46,294 nt of DNA. It comes from a virus. The notes beneath the pieces are model-generated. The model did no database searches, was not told the DNA's origin, and saw nothing but the letters and a program-made list of their open reading frames with translations. The DNA lies in the IMG/VR virus record IMGVR_UViG_3300045988_155993, one strand, 5' to 3'. Numbering within the stretch: the stretch's first letter is position 1; each line of letters begins with the position of its first letter. This document shows, piece by piece, positions 8,631-17,174 of the stretch. Position numbers and translations under genes: made by a program.

Positions 8631-11600
8631 ATGTATAAGATACTTTCAAATGGTATTGATTATGCTGAATATGTCACAGCAATGGAAAGCTCTATTTCTT
8701 TTTCAGATAATACAATTATCGGGAATGTTTCTTCTAAACAAGTTAAGTTAAGTATTGATAACAGCTCAAATGCTTTTAACGATATATTAGATCAAGAATT
8801 CGAGATTTACGACAATGACAACAAATTAGGTGTTTTTAGGATTTATGAAAAGCCTGAAAGAATGACAAGTAAGTTAGAAATTACACTATACGACAATGTC
8901 ATTCTTTCTAACGTTGCTTATAACTCGGCCATTGAATATCCTTCAACAATCAAAGGGCAATTAGATGAAATGAGTGGAATGATTTCTTGTCCTATTATTT
9001 ATGATGAAGTTCCACAAAAGGTTTTAGATACACCAGTTGGATGGAAAGACAACACATTATCTATTAGAAATTATTTAATGTTCATAGCTGAATTTTCAGC
9101 TTGTAACTGTTTTGCGGATGAAGAAGGAAACATTGTTTTTAAGAGGCTATCAAAAGAAAAGAAGTTTGATTTGCCTGAATATGAGGGTGTAGAAGAATTT
9201 GCTACTATTGAAGAATTTACTATTTCTAAAGTAATATTCGATAATGGAGTAGGGACCGTTCTTGAATATGGAACAGATGAAGGACAATCTTATTATTTGA
9301 TGGCTGACAACTCGTATATTGAGACACAAGAACAAGTTAAGGCTATTGCGACAAATATTATTGGCTTGTCTATTATGACAATGGAGAGTCTTAAATCCCC
9401 TGAAATCATAGGTTCGACAGTAGGAGATATTATTAAGTATTATGATGATGAAGATACTTACTATTTTATGTTGATGTCTATTGATATTGATTATTACAAC
9501 GCTGAATACAATATCATGAACGCAGAAGGGAAGCTTGAAACACAAGCGGTTGAAAGTGTTACCAACAGAGCAGATACAACAGTTAAAATAAAAAGAGTAC
9601 AAACTGAACTAGACCAAGCAAACAACAAAATCACAATCATAGCAAAAGATATTGATGATACAAAAAGTGAGGTCGGACAATTAGTCATTTCTAGCAAAGA
9701 CATTACAGCTCAATTAGAAAAGATTACTCAAAGTGTTTATTTGATTGAAGCAGGAAGTGGAAATATCTTTGACAACTGCGAATATTCATTGATTAAAACA
9801 AGTGAGGATTTAGAAAGAGCAACTTATTCCATTCCATCTTTAGGAATTACTAAAAATTATCTAAAAGGTAAGGATATTGTTATTTCTCTATCCGTTTATG
9901 TTTTGAATGGATATTTGAGTTTAGGAAACAGAGTCGGTGTTGAATTTGATGTTACTTATAAAAATGATGTCAAAAAGACATATTCTTTATATTGGTATTT
10001 AGGACAATACGATCTTCAATATTTGTTACAGACAAGTACAAACAATGTTGATAAGAGAATTTGGGCACATTATAAGCTCGAAGATGAAGATATTGTAAAT
10101 GTTTCTAACTTGCGAATGATTGTAGATGTCAATGCTGAAAGAGCTGTTGCTTCAAATCCTAAAGTTGAGTTTGGAACAACTCCAACGGGCTTTGAGTACG
10201 ATATGAGTACTATCAGAGACAATGTTCAAGTTCTTATTACTCAATATGCAGGAATTGAAACAACAATTGAAAAATTAACAGCTAGAGTAGAAAAGCAAGA
10301 GCAAGACACAATCAGTATCACGACAAACGTTGAAGGTTTAAAAAAAGAAATGGATACTATCGGCTTAAATGTGGATAGTATGAATGAAAGAGTGTTTACA
10401 AATGAGGATAGCATCCAAGCTAAAATCATAGAAACTCAAAATAACTACAGCTCAATTGTATCAACTATTGAAAACTTGACGATAAGAACAGCACATACAG
10501 AAGAAAATGTTGCTACGATTACTCAAAATGTAACAAATATTTCTAGCGACTTAACGGATGCCAAAGGAGATATTTCAAAGAATACTGAAAGTATTGGAAC
10601 TATCAACGGTGATATTTCAAGTATTAATGGAAGTATTGATACCATTGAAGGAGACGTGTCAAACAACAAAGAGTCTTTGAACAAGATAACAGCAACAGTC
10701 AATCAAACGGTAGAAAAATATACTGAAATAGAGTCAACTGTTAACACTTTATCTTTGAAAGCTGTTGATCAAGAAGAAAAGACAACAACTATTGAGAAAA
10801 ATGTCAATGGAGCTATTGAAAAGATTGAAACTGTTGAAAGCAGAGTCAATAATACAGAAATTGCTTTACAACCTAAAAACATTGTTTTAGCTGTAAATGA
10901 GCAATTAAGTAAAGATGATGCTATTTCAACAACAAGTTTCACTTTAGATAACAAAGGAGCACACATCAAAAATGGTGCTTTGGATATTACTAATGCATCA
11001 GAAGAAAAAGTTTTCTATACAGATGATGAAGGAAACTTGACAGTTACTGGTAATATCGTCGGTTCAAAGATTACTGGTTCAGCAATCAGTTTTAAAAATA
11101 TTGAAAATGGACAATCTCTTGAGCTTAATGAAACAGGTATTCATATTGATGGAATTCAAGATACTGGAAGCGGAGGGCTTGGAATTCATTTTAAAGTTCT
11201 AGGTGAGGAAGATAGCTTCTTATCCATTGATGAATACGGGATTGAAATAGACGGAAGTAACGCATCTACATTAGGCTCATATGGTGGAAGGCTATCGTTA
11301 TCTACTATTATGGTTGCTGGAAACTCGCCTATTATGTATTCAACAAGTGATGCTGTATGGCAGGGTGTTATGTCAGATTATGTAAACTGGTTAAGATGGA
11401 TTCCTCATCCCAATGGAGAATACGTTGAAATTACAACAGTTAACTCCACGAGATGGGGAATTTCTGTATGGCTTTCAGATGCTAGGTTGAAACAAAATAT
11501 AGTTGATACCTCTATTAATGCTTTAGATAGAGTAAATGCAATAAGACATGTTGATTTTGATTGGACGAACAAAGAGGGCCATGTAAAGTGTGGATATATC

Positions 11601-11783
11601 GCACAAGAACTTAAACAAATAGATGATGAATATGTCATTCCTATCGAACAAGATGATGGCTCTGTTATGTATCAAGTATGTAACAATACGATAACTCCGT
11701 TACTTTCAAAAGCAATTCAAGAATTATCAGCAAAAGTAGACACGTTAGAAAGAAGGTTAGAAGAAAATGGAATTAGTTATTAA
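8631..11783 (+). CDS. Tail-associated lysin-like / tail fibre protein with C-terminal intramolecular chaperone (Peptidase_S74) autoprocessing domain
   Basis: 1050-aa protein with a heptad-like central repeat region. The C-terminus carries the S-D-x-R-x-K motif (LSDARLKQNI) followed by conserved chaperone-domain helices. Confidence 0.65.
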   Translation: MYKILSNGIDYAEYVTAMESSISFSDNTIIGNVSSKQVKLSIDNSSNAFNDILDQEFEIYDNDNKLGVFRIYEKPERMTSKLEITLYDNVILSNVAYNSAIEYPSTIKGQLDEMSGMISCPIIYDEVPQKVLDTPVGWKDNTLSIRNYLMFIAEFSACNCFADEEGNIVFKRLSKEKKFDLPEYEGVEEFATIEEFTISKVIFDNGVGTVLEYGTDEGQSYYLMADNSYIETQEQVKAIATNIIGLSIMTMESLKSPEIIGSTVGDIIKYYDDEDTYYFMLMSIDIDYYNAEYNIMNAEGKLETQAVESVTNRADTTVKIKRVQTELDQANNKITIIAKDIDDTKSEVGQLVISSKDITAQLEKITQSVYLIEAGSGNIFDNCEYSLIKTSEDLERATYSIPSLGITKNYLKGKDIVISLSVYVLNGYLSLGNRVGVEFDVTYKNDVKKTYSLYWYLGQYDLQYLLQTSTNNVDKRIWAHYKLEDEDIVNVSNLRMIVDVNAERAVASNPKVEFGTTPTGFEYDMSTIRDNVQVLITQYAGIETTIEKLTARVEKQEQDTISITTNVEGLKKEMDTIGLNVDSMNERVFTNEDSIQAKIIETQNNYSSIVSTIENLTIRTAHTEENVATITQNVTNISSDLTDAKGDISKNTESIGTINGDISSINGSIDTIEGDVSNNKESLNKITATVNQTVEKYTEIESTVNTLSLKAVDQEEKTTTIEKNVNGAIEKIETVESRVNNTEIALQPKNIVLAVNEQLSKDDAISTTSFTLDNKGAHIKNGALDITNASEEKVFYTDDEGNLTVTGNIVGSKITGSAISFKNIENGQSLELNETGIHIDGIQDTGSGGLGIHFKVLGEEDSFLSIDEYGIEIDGSNASTLGSYGGRLSLSTIMVAGNSPIMYSTSDAVWQGVMSDYVNWLRWIPHPNGEYVEITTVNSTRWGISVWLSDARLKQNIVDTSINALDRVNAIRHVDFDWTNKEGHVKCGYIAQELKQIDDEYVIPIEQDDGSVMYQVCNNTITPLLSKAIQELSAKVDTLERRLEENGISY

Positions 11784-12003
11784 ACACACTAGAAACTACA
11801 AAGGTGAAGTAAAAAACGAAGATGGTAAAATCATCATGAACTTGTCACAAGGCTTTGATAACGCAGGAAATATGATTGGTGGTACAAATGTAGCAATCAT
11901 CAATAGAGAGCTTTATAAGGCTGATATTGAAGAATGTAGAAAGCAACAAGATGCCTTTACTGCTGAAATGCGTAAAATCGAAGATGAACTTTTAGGAGAA
12001 TAG
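11767..12003 (+). CDS. Hypothetical tail-associated protein
   Basis: 78-aa ORF overlapping the end of the upstream gene. Confidence 0.4.
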   Translation: MELVIKHTRNYKGEVKNEDGKIIMNLSQGFDNAGNMIGGTNVAIINRELYKADIEECRKQQDAFTAEMRKIEDELLGE

Positions 12004-12007
12004 AAAT

Positions 12008-12358
12008 ATGATCACATTAAAAAATAAAGATTTAGGAGCTGTTAATTCAGCTCTTTTAAGTTTGGGAAACCATCAAAGTGATATTGCTTTAAAGTGGGAG
12101 TTAGCAAAATATACAAAGAAGATAGATGAAGCTTATGCATTATTTAATAATCAAGTACAATTGCTTATCAAAGAAAAAGGCAAAAAAGATGATAAAGGAA
12201 ATATTTCATTAGATGTAAACAATGAAGATTATTTGAAATTATTATCACTTGATATTGATATTGAAGTTGACAAGCTTTCTCTTGAAGAAGTGAGCAAGTT
12301 CAATCCAACTATGCAGGAACTTATGAATTTATCTTCTATCATTAAAGAGGGTGATTAA
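12008..12358 (+). CDS. Hypothetical protein
   Basis: 116-aa ORF between the tail-associated lysin and the putative receptor-binding gene. Confidence 0.4.
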   Translation: MITLKNKDLGAVNSALLSLGNHQSDIALKWELAKYTKKIDEAYALFNNQVQLLIKEKGKKDDKGNISLDVNNEDYLKLLSLDIDIEVDKLSLEEVSKFNPTMQELMNLSSIIKEGD

Positions 12359-12360
12359 TT

Positions 12361-14202
12361 TTGGCGACATTGCAAATACCTAAAATTACTTATAAGGATA
12401 AAAAGGATTTTCAAACGCAAGGGCAGGATGATGAATACAAGATTTGTGCAAAAGATATGAACGAAATCAAGTCGGTTTTTAATAACAGCGCAGAGGCAAT
12501 TGAAAAAGGATTGAACACTATTGATGAAAATATCAAGAAAACAAATGATGCACGTGATCTAGCAAAACAGTACATGGAACAAGCTTCACAAGATGCTTTG
12601 GCAATCAACGGTACAGCAAATGGTATTATTGAAAAAGTAACTACCGAAGATGGATATGCTCAAATCAATGATAGTTCAAATAGAAGATTGAACAATATGA
12701 TTATCAGAGGAAACAGTGAACAAATTCAAACTACTGGTAAGAATTTATTATTAATATACAAACAAACACAAATTGTAAATGGTATCACTTTGACATATGA
12801 TAATGACAATAAAGTAATCATTGCAAATGGAACAGCAACCTCACGGACAAATATAGCTCTTGGAGTATTTGATTTCAAGAAAGGCATAACTTATAAGTTT
12901 GTAGGATGCCCTAAAGGTGGTAGTGTTGACACATTATATCATATCGAGCCTAACGGGGGATTGTTTTTTGACATTGGTAATGGCGCAACTTACACGCCAT
13001 CTGAAGATAAGTTAAACACACTTATTTATTTTGTTGTAACTAAAGGCGTTGTATTAAATAATTTGGTTATTAAGCCAATGATTACAACAGATTTAAACGT
13101 AACATATGATGATTATGAGCCATATACTGGTGGCAAACCTTCTCCTTCACCTGAATATCCACAAGAAATTAAAGCGGTTAATGAGTTAAGTGGAGTAATG
13201 AGCGGAAAGAATTTACTAAAACCACATGATAGTTATCCTAGAACTGGTTATGGAATTACACTTAATTTAATGAACGATGGTATTCATGTAAACGGCAAAT
13301 GTACTGCTTCAATTTGGCGTACATTTATATATTCTGATACTTTGCAAGCAGGAACATATTATATCAATGGAATAAAAGGCGCATCAAATTCACACTATCA
13401 AGTCGTATTATATAAAAACGATGTAATTATTGACTATATCACTACTAAAAATTTCAAATTAGTATTAAAAGAAAAAGCAAAAATTGAACTTTCGTTATAT
13501 GTATATCCTGGATATGGAACTTTTAATGATTTAGTTTTACCCTATATGATTTGTAGGAACGAAAATGATTTGTATTTGTACACTCCATATCAAGGTCAAT
13601 CGCTTTTAAACTACACTCTTCAAAACCCTCTTTATAAGCTAAGTGATGTATATGATTACATTGATGTTGATAAAAGTAAGATTGTAAGGAATGTTGGTGT
13701 TGTAACTTTCGATGGAAGTGATGATGAAGAAATCAGTAAGGTTAGCAATACAAATATCAATGTGTATCAGTTCAGTAGAGCGATTAATTCAATTGAAAAA
13801 TATGCTAAATATGCTAAATGTGATAGCTTTCAAACCGCAACAGCATATGCGAATGATTTACTGAGAAATGATAATAAAATATATGCAGCCACTGTTAGTT
13901 GCTATTTATCTTTTGACAAAATGAATACGGTTGAAAAATTAAAAGCCTATTTACAACAAAACCCAATTACAGTTTACTATCAACTTGCAACACCTACAGA
14001 AGAAGATATACCTGCAGAGTTGTTATCACAACTCAAGGAGCTTCAAACGTATGTTACAACGACAAATGTAATGTTTGAGGCGAGTGATGTTTATCCAATT
14101 GTTGATTTAGAATACATTGCAGATACGAAAACATACATTGACAACAAATTTAAGGAACTTGCAGAAGTGATTATAACAAGCACAAGTGAGGAGGAATTAT
14201 AA
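12361..14202 (+). CDS. Putative receptor-binding / baseplate protein
   Basis: 613 aa with a TTG start. It is the last large structural gene before the lysis cassette, and its C-terminus is beta-rich. Confidence 0.45.
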   Translation: MATLQIPKITYKDKKDFQTQGQDDEYKICAKDMNEIKSVFNNSAEAIEKGLNTIDENIKKTNDARDLAKQYMEQASQDALAINGTANGIIEKVTTEDGYAQINDSSNRRLNNMIIRGNSEQIQTTGKNLLLIYKQTQIVNGITLTYDNDNKVIIANGTATSRTNIALGVFDFKKGITYKFVGCPKGGSVDTLYHIEPNGGLFFDIGNGATYTPSEDKLNTLIYFVVTKGVVLNNLVIKPMITTDLNVTYDDYEPYTGGKPSPSPEYPQEIKAVNELSGVMSGKNLLKPHDSYPRTGYGITLNLMNDGIHVNGKCTASIWRTFIYSDTLQAGTYYINGIKGASNSHYQVVLYKNDVIIDYITTKNFKLVLKEKAKIELSLYVYPGYGTFNDLVLPYMICRNENDLYLYTPYQGQSLLNYTLQNPLYKLSDVYDYIDVDKSKIVRNVGVVTFDGSDDEEISKVSNTNINVYQFSRAINSIEKYAKYAKCDSFQTATAYANDLLRNDNKIYAATVSCYLSFDKMNTVEKLKAYLQQNPITVYYQLATPTEEDIPAELLSQLKELQTYVTTTNVMFEASDVYPIVDLEYIADTKTYIDNKFKELAEVIITSTSEEEL

Positions 14203-14444
14203 TGGCATTTAATTTACATGGCTTTGTAATGAAAACATTAGAAGGAATGAAAATTAACACTGATGAATACCAAGTAAGACAATATGCTCTTAAATGGTAT
14301 TCAAAAGGTGTTTTAAAAGATGAAGATTTAGAAACCATTGATGAATGGTATGAAGTTGAGGATGTTCCAACTGAATTGGATCCAATTGAAGATACTGATA
14401 TTGTAGAAGGTGAGGAAAATGAAGAAGATGGAAAAAAGTTTTAA
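14202..14444 (+). CDS. XkdX-like small phage protein
   Basis: 80 aa (MAFNLHGFVMKTLEGMKINTDEYQVRQYALKWY...) matching the XkdX family pattern. It directly precedes the holin gene. Confidence 0.5.
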   Translation: MAFNLHGFVMKTLEGMKINTDEYQVRQYALKWYSKGVLKDEDLETIDEWYEVEDVPTELDPIEDTDIVEGEENEEDGKKF

Positions 14445-14829
14445 TACGTTAGTAGCAATCATTGCTACTTTTTTTACTTATTTATTTGGTAGTTGGGATT
14501 TAGCTTTACAAGTTTTAATTGTATTTATGATTTTAGATTATGTTACTGGTGTATTATACGCATTTATCAGCAATCAATTAAACAGTGAAGTTGGTTCCAA
14601 AGGTTTAGTTAAAAAGCTAATGATTTTAGTTGTATTAATCATTGGTGTAATGTTAGATCGTATTTTAGGTACTGGAAATTGGGTGTTCAGAACGCTTGTA
14701 TGTTATTTCTATATTGCAAATGAGGGGATTAGTTTATTAGAAAATGTAGCAAACATTGGAATTCCAATTCCTAATAAGATTAGAAACGCATTAGAACAAC
14801 TAAATAAAGATGATGAAGAGAGCGAATAG
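14419..14829 (+). CDS. Holin (phage_holin_4_1 / TIGR01593-type)
   Basis: Hydrophobic helices (FNTLVAIIATFFTYLFGSW, VLIVFMILDYVTGVLYAF, LMILVVLIIGVML) followed by a charged C-terminus. The ORF opens at GTG 14410, but the ATG at 14419 or 14428 is the likelier start. Confidence 0.75.
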   Translation: MKKMEKSFNTLVAIIATFFTYLFGSWDLALQVLIVFMILDYVTGVLYAFISNQLNSEVGSKGLVKKLMILVVLIIGVMLDRILGTGNWVFRTLVCYFYIANEGISLLENVANIGIPIPNKIRNALEQLNKDDEESE

Positions 14830-14860
14830 CTCTCTTTTATATTACAAGGAGGAGAAAACA

Positions 14861-15337
14861 ATGAAATTTAAAAGAGCTTTTGAATTAATGAAAAATGGAG
14901 CAAAAATTAAGCTCCTTTCATGGGGTGGTTATTGGTATTGGGATGATGAAAAGAAAACAGTAATCATGCATACAAAAGATGGAAAAGAAATGGATATTAG
15001 AGAAACTGAAAGAGTTATCTATACGTTATCTAATATTCTTGATGATGGATGGGTTCTCGCTGATGAAAAAAACTGTCCCGAACTAGGTGGAGAAGCTACT
15101 TTTGGTTTTGATGAAGCTATCAAATATCTAAAAAGAGGAATGAAGCTTGCTAGAAAAGGTTGGAACGGTAAAGGAATTTTTATTCATTTATGTGAAACAG
15201 ATGCAACAACAAATCCTTTTGTTTGTATAGATTCATCTAATTTACAAACTGATAATCTAGATGCAAAGAAAAATATTGTACCTTGGGCACCATCACAAAC
15301 AGATATGTTAGCGGATGACTGGGTATTTTTTGAATAG
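14861..15337 (+). CDS. Tandem DUF2829 protein (Tad2-like anti-Thoeris sponge family)
   Basis: ATG follows the RBS AGGAGG. The C-terminal half matches the DUF2829 hallmark (FGFDEAIKYLKRGMKLARKGWNGKG ... IVPWAPSQTDMLADDWVFF). The N-terminal half is a degenerate second copy (FKRAFELMKNGAKIKLLSWGG...DDGWVL). Confidence 0.7.
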   Translation: MKFKRAFELMKNGAKIKLLSWGGYWYWDDEKKTVIMHTKDGKEMDIRETERVIYTLSNILDDGWVLADEKNCPELGGEATFGFDEAIKYLKRGMKLARKGWNGKGIFIHLCETDATTNPFVCIDSSNLQTDNLDAKKNIVPWAPSQTDMLADDWVFFE

Positions 15338-15350
15338 GAGGATGTTATAA

Positions 15351-15647
15351 ATGAAACTATTCATTAGTCAACCAATGGCAGGAAAAACAGATAAAGAAAT
15401 CCTAGATGAAAGAGAAAGGGTGCTATGCAATGTAAAAGAATTATTTCCTGATAAAGAAATTGAAGTGATTGATTCGTTCTTTGATGGTGAGCCTAAAACT
15501 CCATTATGGTATTTAGGCGAGTCCGTTAAGTTATTAGGTCAAGCTGACATTGCTTATTTCTGCAAGGATTGGGAAAAGTATCGAGGATGTTGTATTGAAC
15601 ATGAATGTTGTGTTCGGTATTCAATTAAACACGTGGAAGAAAATTAA
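15351..15647 (+). CDS. DUF4406 protein (nucleoside 2-deoxyribosyltransferase-like fold)
   Basis: 98 aa with the family pattern MKLFISQPMAGKTD at the N-terminus and DIAYFCKDWEKYRGCCIEHECCVRY near the C-terminus. Confidence 0.6.
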   Translation: MKLFISQPMAGKTDKEILDERERVLCNVKELFPDKEIEVIDSFFDGEPKTPLWYLGESVKLLGQADIAYFCKDWEKYRGCCIEHECCVRYSIKHVEEN

Positions 15648-15665
15648 TTAAGGAGGTAATGAAAT

Positions 15666-16670
15666 ATGAGTTTAATTGTAGGTTCAGCTAGAATTGATGA
15701 AAACGGTAATCTAAAAAATGGAAAGGCTGGCGATCAAACAGGAAAAGAAGTCTCAACACAAGCATACTATACACATAAAAAAGGTTGGTACATTTTTCGA
15801 CCAAAAAGTGTAGCTCATGCAAATGCTCTTGCTACTGCTATGAAACAAGCTTGTGACAATAATAAAATTGGATATGATCAAAATGAAAGAAACGGAGTTA
15901 TCACTCAATTAAAAAAATATGGTTCATTAGATAAAATTGCTACAGCTACTGAATGTGACTGTTCTTCACTTGTTAGAGCTTGTATCATTCAAGCTACTGG
16001 CAAAGACGTTGGGAATATCACAACAGCTAATGAAGCTAGTGTATTAGAAGCAAGTGGCTTGTTTGAAGCTAAAAAATCTGTTACTGGTGAAGGAATGCTA
16101 TACAATGGTGATATTCTTGTAACTAAAACTAAAGGTCATACAGTTATTGTAGTAAGCGGTAGAGCAAGAAGTACAGCCACTACTTCCAATACTTCTACAG
16201 CAACTAAATCATATCTTTCTAAAGGCGATAAAGGTAATGGTGTTAAAACAATGCAAACAATGTTGATTGCTTGTGGATATTCTTGCGGATCGTATGGAGC
16301 CGATGGAGATTTCGGAAGTGGCTCTGATAAAGCGTTAAGAAAATTCCAAGGAGATTATGGTTTAACTGTAGATGGAAAATACGGGTCAAAATCTAAAGCA
16401 AAATTAGAGTCTGTTTACAATCAAAAGAAATCTTCTAAATCTTTAGGAACATATAAAGTTACAGCTAAATCAGGCTTATACGTAAGAGAAGGTGCAGGGA
16501 CTAATTACGATATTGTTCCTAAAAACAAATTAACTAAAAATGCACAAGAACATGCTAAATCAAACGGAGCATTAAGATATGGTACTCGTGTCACAGTAAA
16601 AGAGTGGAAAAATGGTTTTGCTCGTATTCCTAGTGGTTGGGTAAGTGGGGACTATTTGAAAAAAGTGTAA
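15666..16670 (+). CDS. Endolysin (N-terminal Cys/His peptidase-like catalytic domain, PG_binding_1-like repeat, C-terminal SH3b)
   Basis: RBS AAGGAGG. Candidate catalytic Cys (ECDCSS) and His (KGHTVIV) about 57 aa apart, a DGDFGSGSDKALRKFQGDYGLTVDGKYG peptidoglycan-binding motif, and a C-terminal SH3b-like segment. Exact catalytic family not resolved. Confidence 0.7.
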   Translation: MSLIVGSARIDENGNLKNGKAGDQTGKEVSTQAYYTHKKGWYIFRPKSVAHANALATAMKQACDNNKIGYDQNERNGVITQLKKYGSLDKIATATECDCSSLVRACIIQATGKDVGNITTANEASVLEASGLFEAKKSVTGEGMLYNGDILVTKTKGHTVIVVSGRARSTATTSNTSTATKSYLSKGDKGNGVKTMQTMLIACGYSCGSYGADGDFGSGSDKALRKFQGDYGLTVDGKYGSKSKAKLESVYNQKKSSKSLGTYKVTAKSGLYVREGAGTNYDIVPKNKLTKNAQEHAKSNGALRYGTRVTVKEWKNGFARIPSGWVSGDYLKKV

Positions 16671-16784
16671 ATTGATGTATAATATATATGCACATTCATT
16701 GTATTAGTTAATAAAAAAAGCAAAAAGTAATATTATCTATTCTTCAAAAAATGTTTCAACAACTTTATTTATTAGCTAAACAGA

Positions 16785-16822
16785 AAGACCTACTCATTAA
16801 TTTGGGTAGGTTCTTTTTTTTA
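16785..16822 (+). terminator. Rho-independent terminator of the lysis operon
   Basis: Stem GACCTAC/GTAGGTTC followed by a T8 run. Confidence 0.6.
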
Positions 16823-16835
16823 TGCTATAAAATCT

Positions 16836-17170
16836 AGCGGGTTGGCAAAAAGTTGGCAAAAATATGGCAAATAAAAAACAACCCAAAAAACAATAAAGAA
16901 TAGGAGGTGCTATGCTTTGTGAAATAAAAATATAGAAATGAAAAAAGCCTTGATAAAATCAAGACTTTTTAATTTGAATTTGTGAATTATTTACAAGCTT
17001 CTTCGATAGCAACAGCAACTGCAACAGTAGCTCCAACCATTGGGTTGTTACCCCCATACCAAAAAAACACATAAAAAACGTGACTGTATCATAGGTGTAT
17101 CATAGGTGGGTTTCTAAAAATCGACTAAAAGGTTGGCAATTTGGGTGGCAAAAAAGGACACCTATTGATG
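16836..17170. promoter_or_regulatory. attP-like region with integrase arm-type direct repeats
   Basis: Five (G/T)TGGCAAA repeats (16843, 16853, 16863, 17132, 17145), a tandem GTATCATAGGTG pair at 17083-17106, and a bidirectional hairpin at 16936-16975. Confidence 0.45.
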
Positions 17171-17174
17171 CCCT

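Noticed and set aside
14810-14860. N-terminal extension (MMKRANSSLLYYKEEKT) of the Tad2-like ORF as listed in the six-frame track
   Set aside because: It overlaps the holin 3' end. The ATG at 14861 is preceded by a perfect AGGAGG RBS and begins the DUF2829 motif.
15666-16670. Assignment of the endolysin catalytic domain to a specific family (CHAP, NlpC/P60, Amidase_5 or GH25)
   Set aside because: Only a Cys...His spacing compatible with CHAP/NlpC-P60 could be seen by eye. Without a profile search the family remains unassigned.
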